Source: Basidiobolus meristosporus CBS 931.73
Lineage: Eukaryota > Fungi > Basidiobolomycota
Direction: 5' to 3'
DNA length: 64,000 nt
Assembly (NCBI GenBank): GCA_002104905.1
Contig: MCFE01000048.1
Location: 124,001-188,000, forward strand
Of this stretch, positions 61,594 to 64,000 are shown piece by piece. The notes under the pieces are model-generated. The model did not search any database. It was not told the DNA's origin and worked only from the letters and a program-made list of their open reading frames with translations. The position numbers and the translations under genes are program-made. The stretch's first letter is position 1. Each line of letters begins with the position of its first letter.

Positions 61594-63237
61594 CTACATT
61601 CACCCATAACCTGGAAAGGGCCAAGTTTTATAAATACCTCGGCTGCTGGAAGAGGGAATCGAGGTGGAAACCAGGTTGGCTCCTGCCAGGCAATATGTTA
61701 ATCAAAGGGTTGCCAAGTTCACAACTAGACTTCTAATCAAGACGTACAATCCGCCATCTCGACGAAGGCCGCCGGGGCTTGGGCATTGGTTTTCACTCTC
61801 GGAGGTATCCATTCACTTGGAATATGAAAGGCAGGTAGGAAAGAAAGCGCGGGGGCGAGATTGGTATTGCGGAAGTTATATACGATAGGCCAACGTATCA
61901 TTTGCATGCATGCTATATATATCCTTCACTCATAGATTCATTACATCTATTATTGGGAAAACGATCTTATCTGACCATATTCCCATTTATGAGCGGTAGC
62001 CGGGCTCTCCCAGCAAAATCTTTCATTTCAAGACATAAGCCAAGTCACAGGCTGAAATAGATTGAATTTAATTCGTAATGGGTTTCGAATTAGCCAGCAC
62101 AAGGTGAAGTTTCGCATCATCAAATCAGATGGGTTCATTGTACGCATTGGCTTCAATTAATAATGCACATTGTGTTTGGTCAAAGATAATATTGCAGTGC
62201 AGTAGGCTTGACCAATGATTACAGCAACGCTAATTTGAGGGGTGGCTAAGGCTGAGCTCTGACAATGATGAACAGAAGAGCCCCTATGGATCGGTGGGAA
62301 ATATGCCTCCGAGGGCGGAACAGGAATTACTGGCTCGGGTTCACCCGATCTTCAAGATCGAAAAGTCTTTGGCATCGCTGATACGGTGATCATCCTTAAT
62401 GAAGGAGAGTAGTGGAGGAAAGCGGCTGATCCTAGCGTAACAGTAGCGTATAAGCATACTAAAGATTACCTTTTACAACCCATCGCACTTGTACACACCG
62501 GTTGCAGGTGGGCTCCCTGACTCTCGGATAATACGGCAAATATGTGGCTCAGGGGGCCCTATCTTAGGTGATACGTACCGGCTAGAAACCCTCATCGAGC
62601 TTTCCCAGCCAGTTGTGTCTTTCTTGCTTATTAAAAGGTGGATGTGCTAACATGCCAAGATTGATGCAATGAAGCTGCAGATCATGAATCCAATCATGCT
62701 TTATTTAAGCTTATGCACGTGTGGAAAATACTTCTTTCAGACAAGCTTCTATTTATGGCATTTCTATTCCGATATTGTTACTGGGGCTTGGTAGATCACT
62801 ATGGGATGATCGTCCTACGGATTCTCTTCATTCTAATTGGATGATTTCCTCTCCCCCCCAAGGTGGGAAGTTCTTGTTGGCATGATTACAACAGTTGCCA
62901 AGCATTTCTTCATGATTAGCGCTATTCTAACTGGGAGTGCTGTAAGACATGTGGGAACCTGAGAGTGAGCCTATCTTTAGGGGTATTGACTCATTGGGCC
63001 AGGATCGGCAAATTTGATCCTTTGAAGATCGTAGTAAGTAAAGTGATGCCATATCAAACAAGTGATTTGCGCTGCAAACATTAATAGCCCAATTAATATC
63101 ATCAAGTAGTGATTCGTTTAGTAAGCAGTTTTACCATTCATCATATTTTGTTCTCAATAAAAAATTGCCATCCTCAAACCACAACTCTTACACTGTTCTT
63201 CTTCACCTACTTTGGTACTGTATCAAAGAGTTTTACC

Positions 63238-63591
63238 TGTTATAAAAATTCGTAATTCCACCTAAATATTCACCTAGCTTAGTTAGTCACTTTGATAATT
63301 ACCTACAAATCTTGGAGAATTCTGACCAAATACCTTGTCGGCATTTACTTAGAATATTATCATCAAAACATCAGGTACCCAGAACATGAAAATTCTCAAA
63401 GTTGTCCAAACAGTCCCAAACTTTGCACACATGATCTTGGGACCTTCCTAAACATATTCTATAGATTTGTCTTGCTAAGACCATGTAAAGCTACAAATAC
63501 CACTTTTACATTTAATAAATCATTATGTGAAAAACCATATATTCTACTTGTACTCCTAGTCACTTCCAATATCTCCAAGACTCTTAGAACA
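63238..63591 (+). mobile_element. Solo LTR of the Copia family at 12150-16836
   Basis: TGTTATAAAAATTCGTAATTCCACC...CTCTTAGAACA, a diverged copy of the LTR, flanked by TSD TTACC (63233-63237 and 63592-63596). Confidence 0.93.
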
Positions 63592-64000
63592 TTACCAAAT
63601 GCATAAACTATATAATTATCAAAGCTCCTCAGTGCTATTAGAGACCTACCACATACTCTGAACTTGTTATTTGTCCTCTGCAGTGGCCAGAGTATTGTGT
63701 CAGGGTTAAGGTATTCAAATGCTTGATTCAAATCTGATAAAGTATGATAATGCCATTTCAACTTGATCAAGTTGCATAGTGCAAATTTTACCAGGTAATT
63801 ATATCTTTATTAAAGAGAAGATAAAAATACTGCAAAAATTGAGTTGAGTTTGAAAAAGAGCTTCAAAACAAAATCATGCAGGTATATAAGATAAAGCTGG
63901 GATTTACGTGATGGCAAAGCACAAAGGGAAAGTACAAAGCTATACTACTACTTCCTAGAAGCTAGTGCCCTCTCCAGAAGGCAGAACCACTAGTCTAATT

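Overview
Eukaryotic fungal DNA with short GT-AG introns (about 50-70 nt) and CTAAC-type branch sites. Gene content suggests an early-diverging fungus of Zoopagomycota/Mucoromycota type (inference). Positions 1-17.1 kb are a nested, strongly CpG-depleted retroelement cluster. It holds a gag-protease-only LTR element, an integrase-deleted chromovirus, a Gypsy pol remnant, a duplicated degenerate repeat, and one intact, very recent Ty1/Copia element with a half-tRNAiMet PBS, a 5-bp TSD and two solo-LTR relatives elsewhere in the window. Positions 19.6-62 kb are genic: CDC6, an intron-dense MCMDC2-like gene that the ORF track shows only as fragments, a homeobox TF, a secreted intronless M49/DPP III-like peptidase, two tandem C2 proteins, EAF7, a WWM1-like WW protein, a GNAT, an acyl-CoA synthetase pseudogene, a six-member chitin deacetylase (CE4) cluster, MPE1 and a TMEM184/OSTalpha-like gene. 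The most striking feature is the chitin deacetylase array: the catalytic cores are identical at the nucleotide level between paralogs (448 bp CDA2/CDA3; 273 bp across three genes), while leaders, a loop segment and tails diverge in a patchwork. All alignments and family assignments were made by eye, with no database search.
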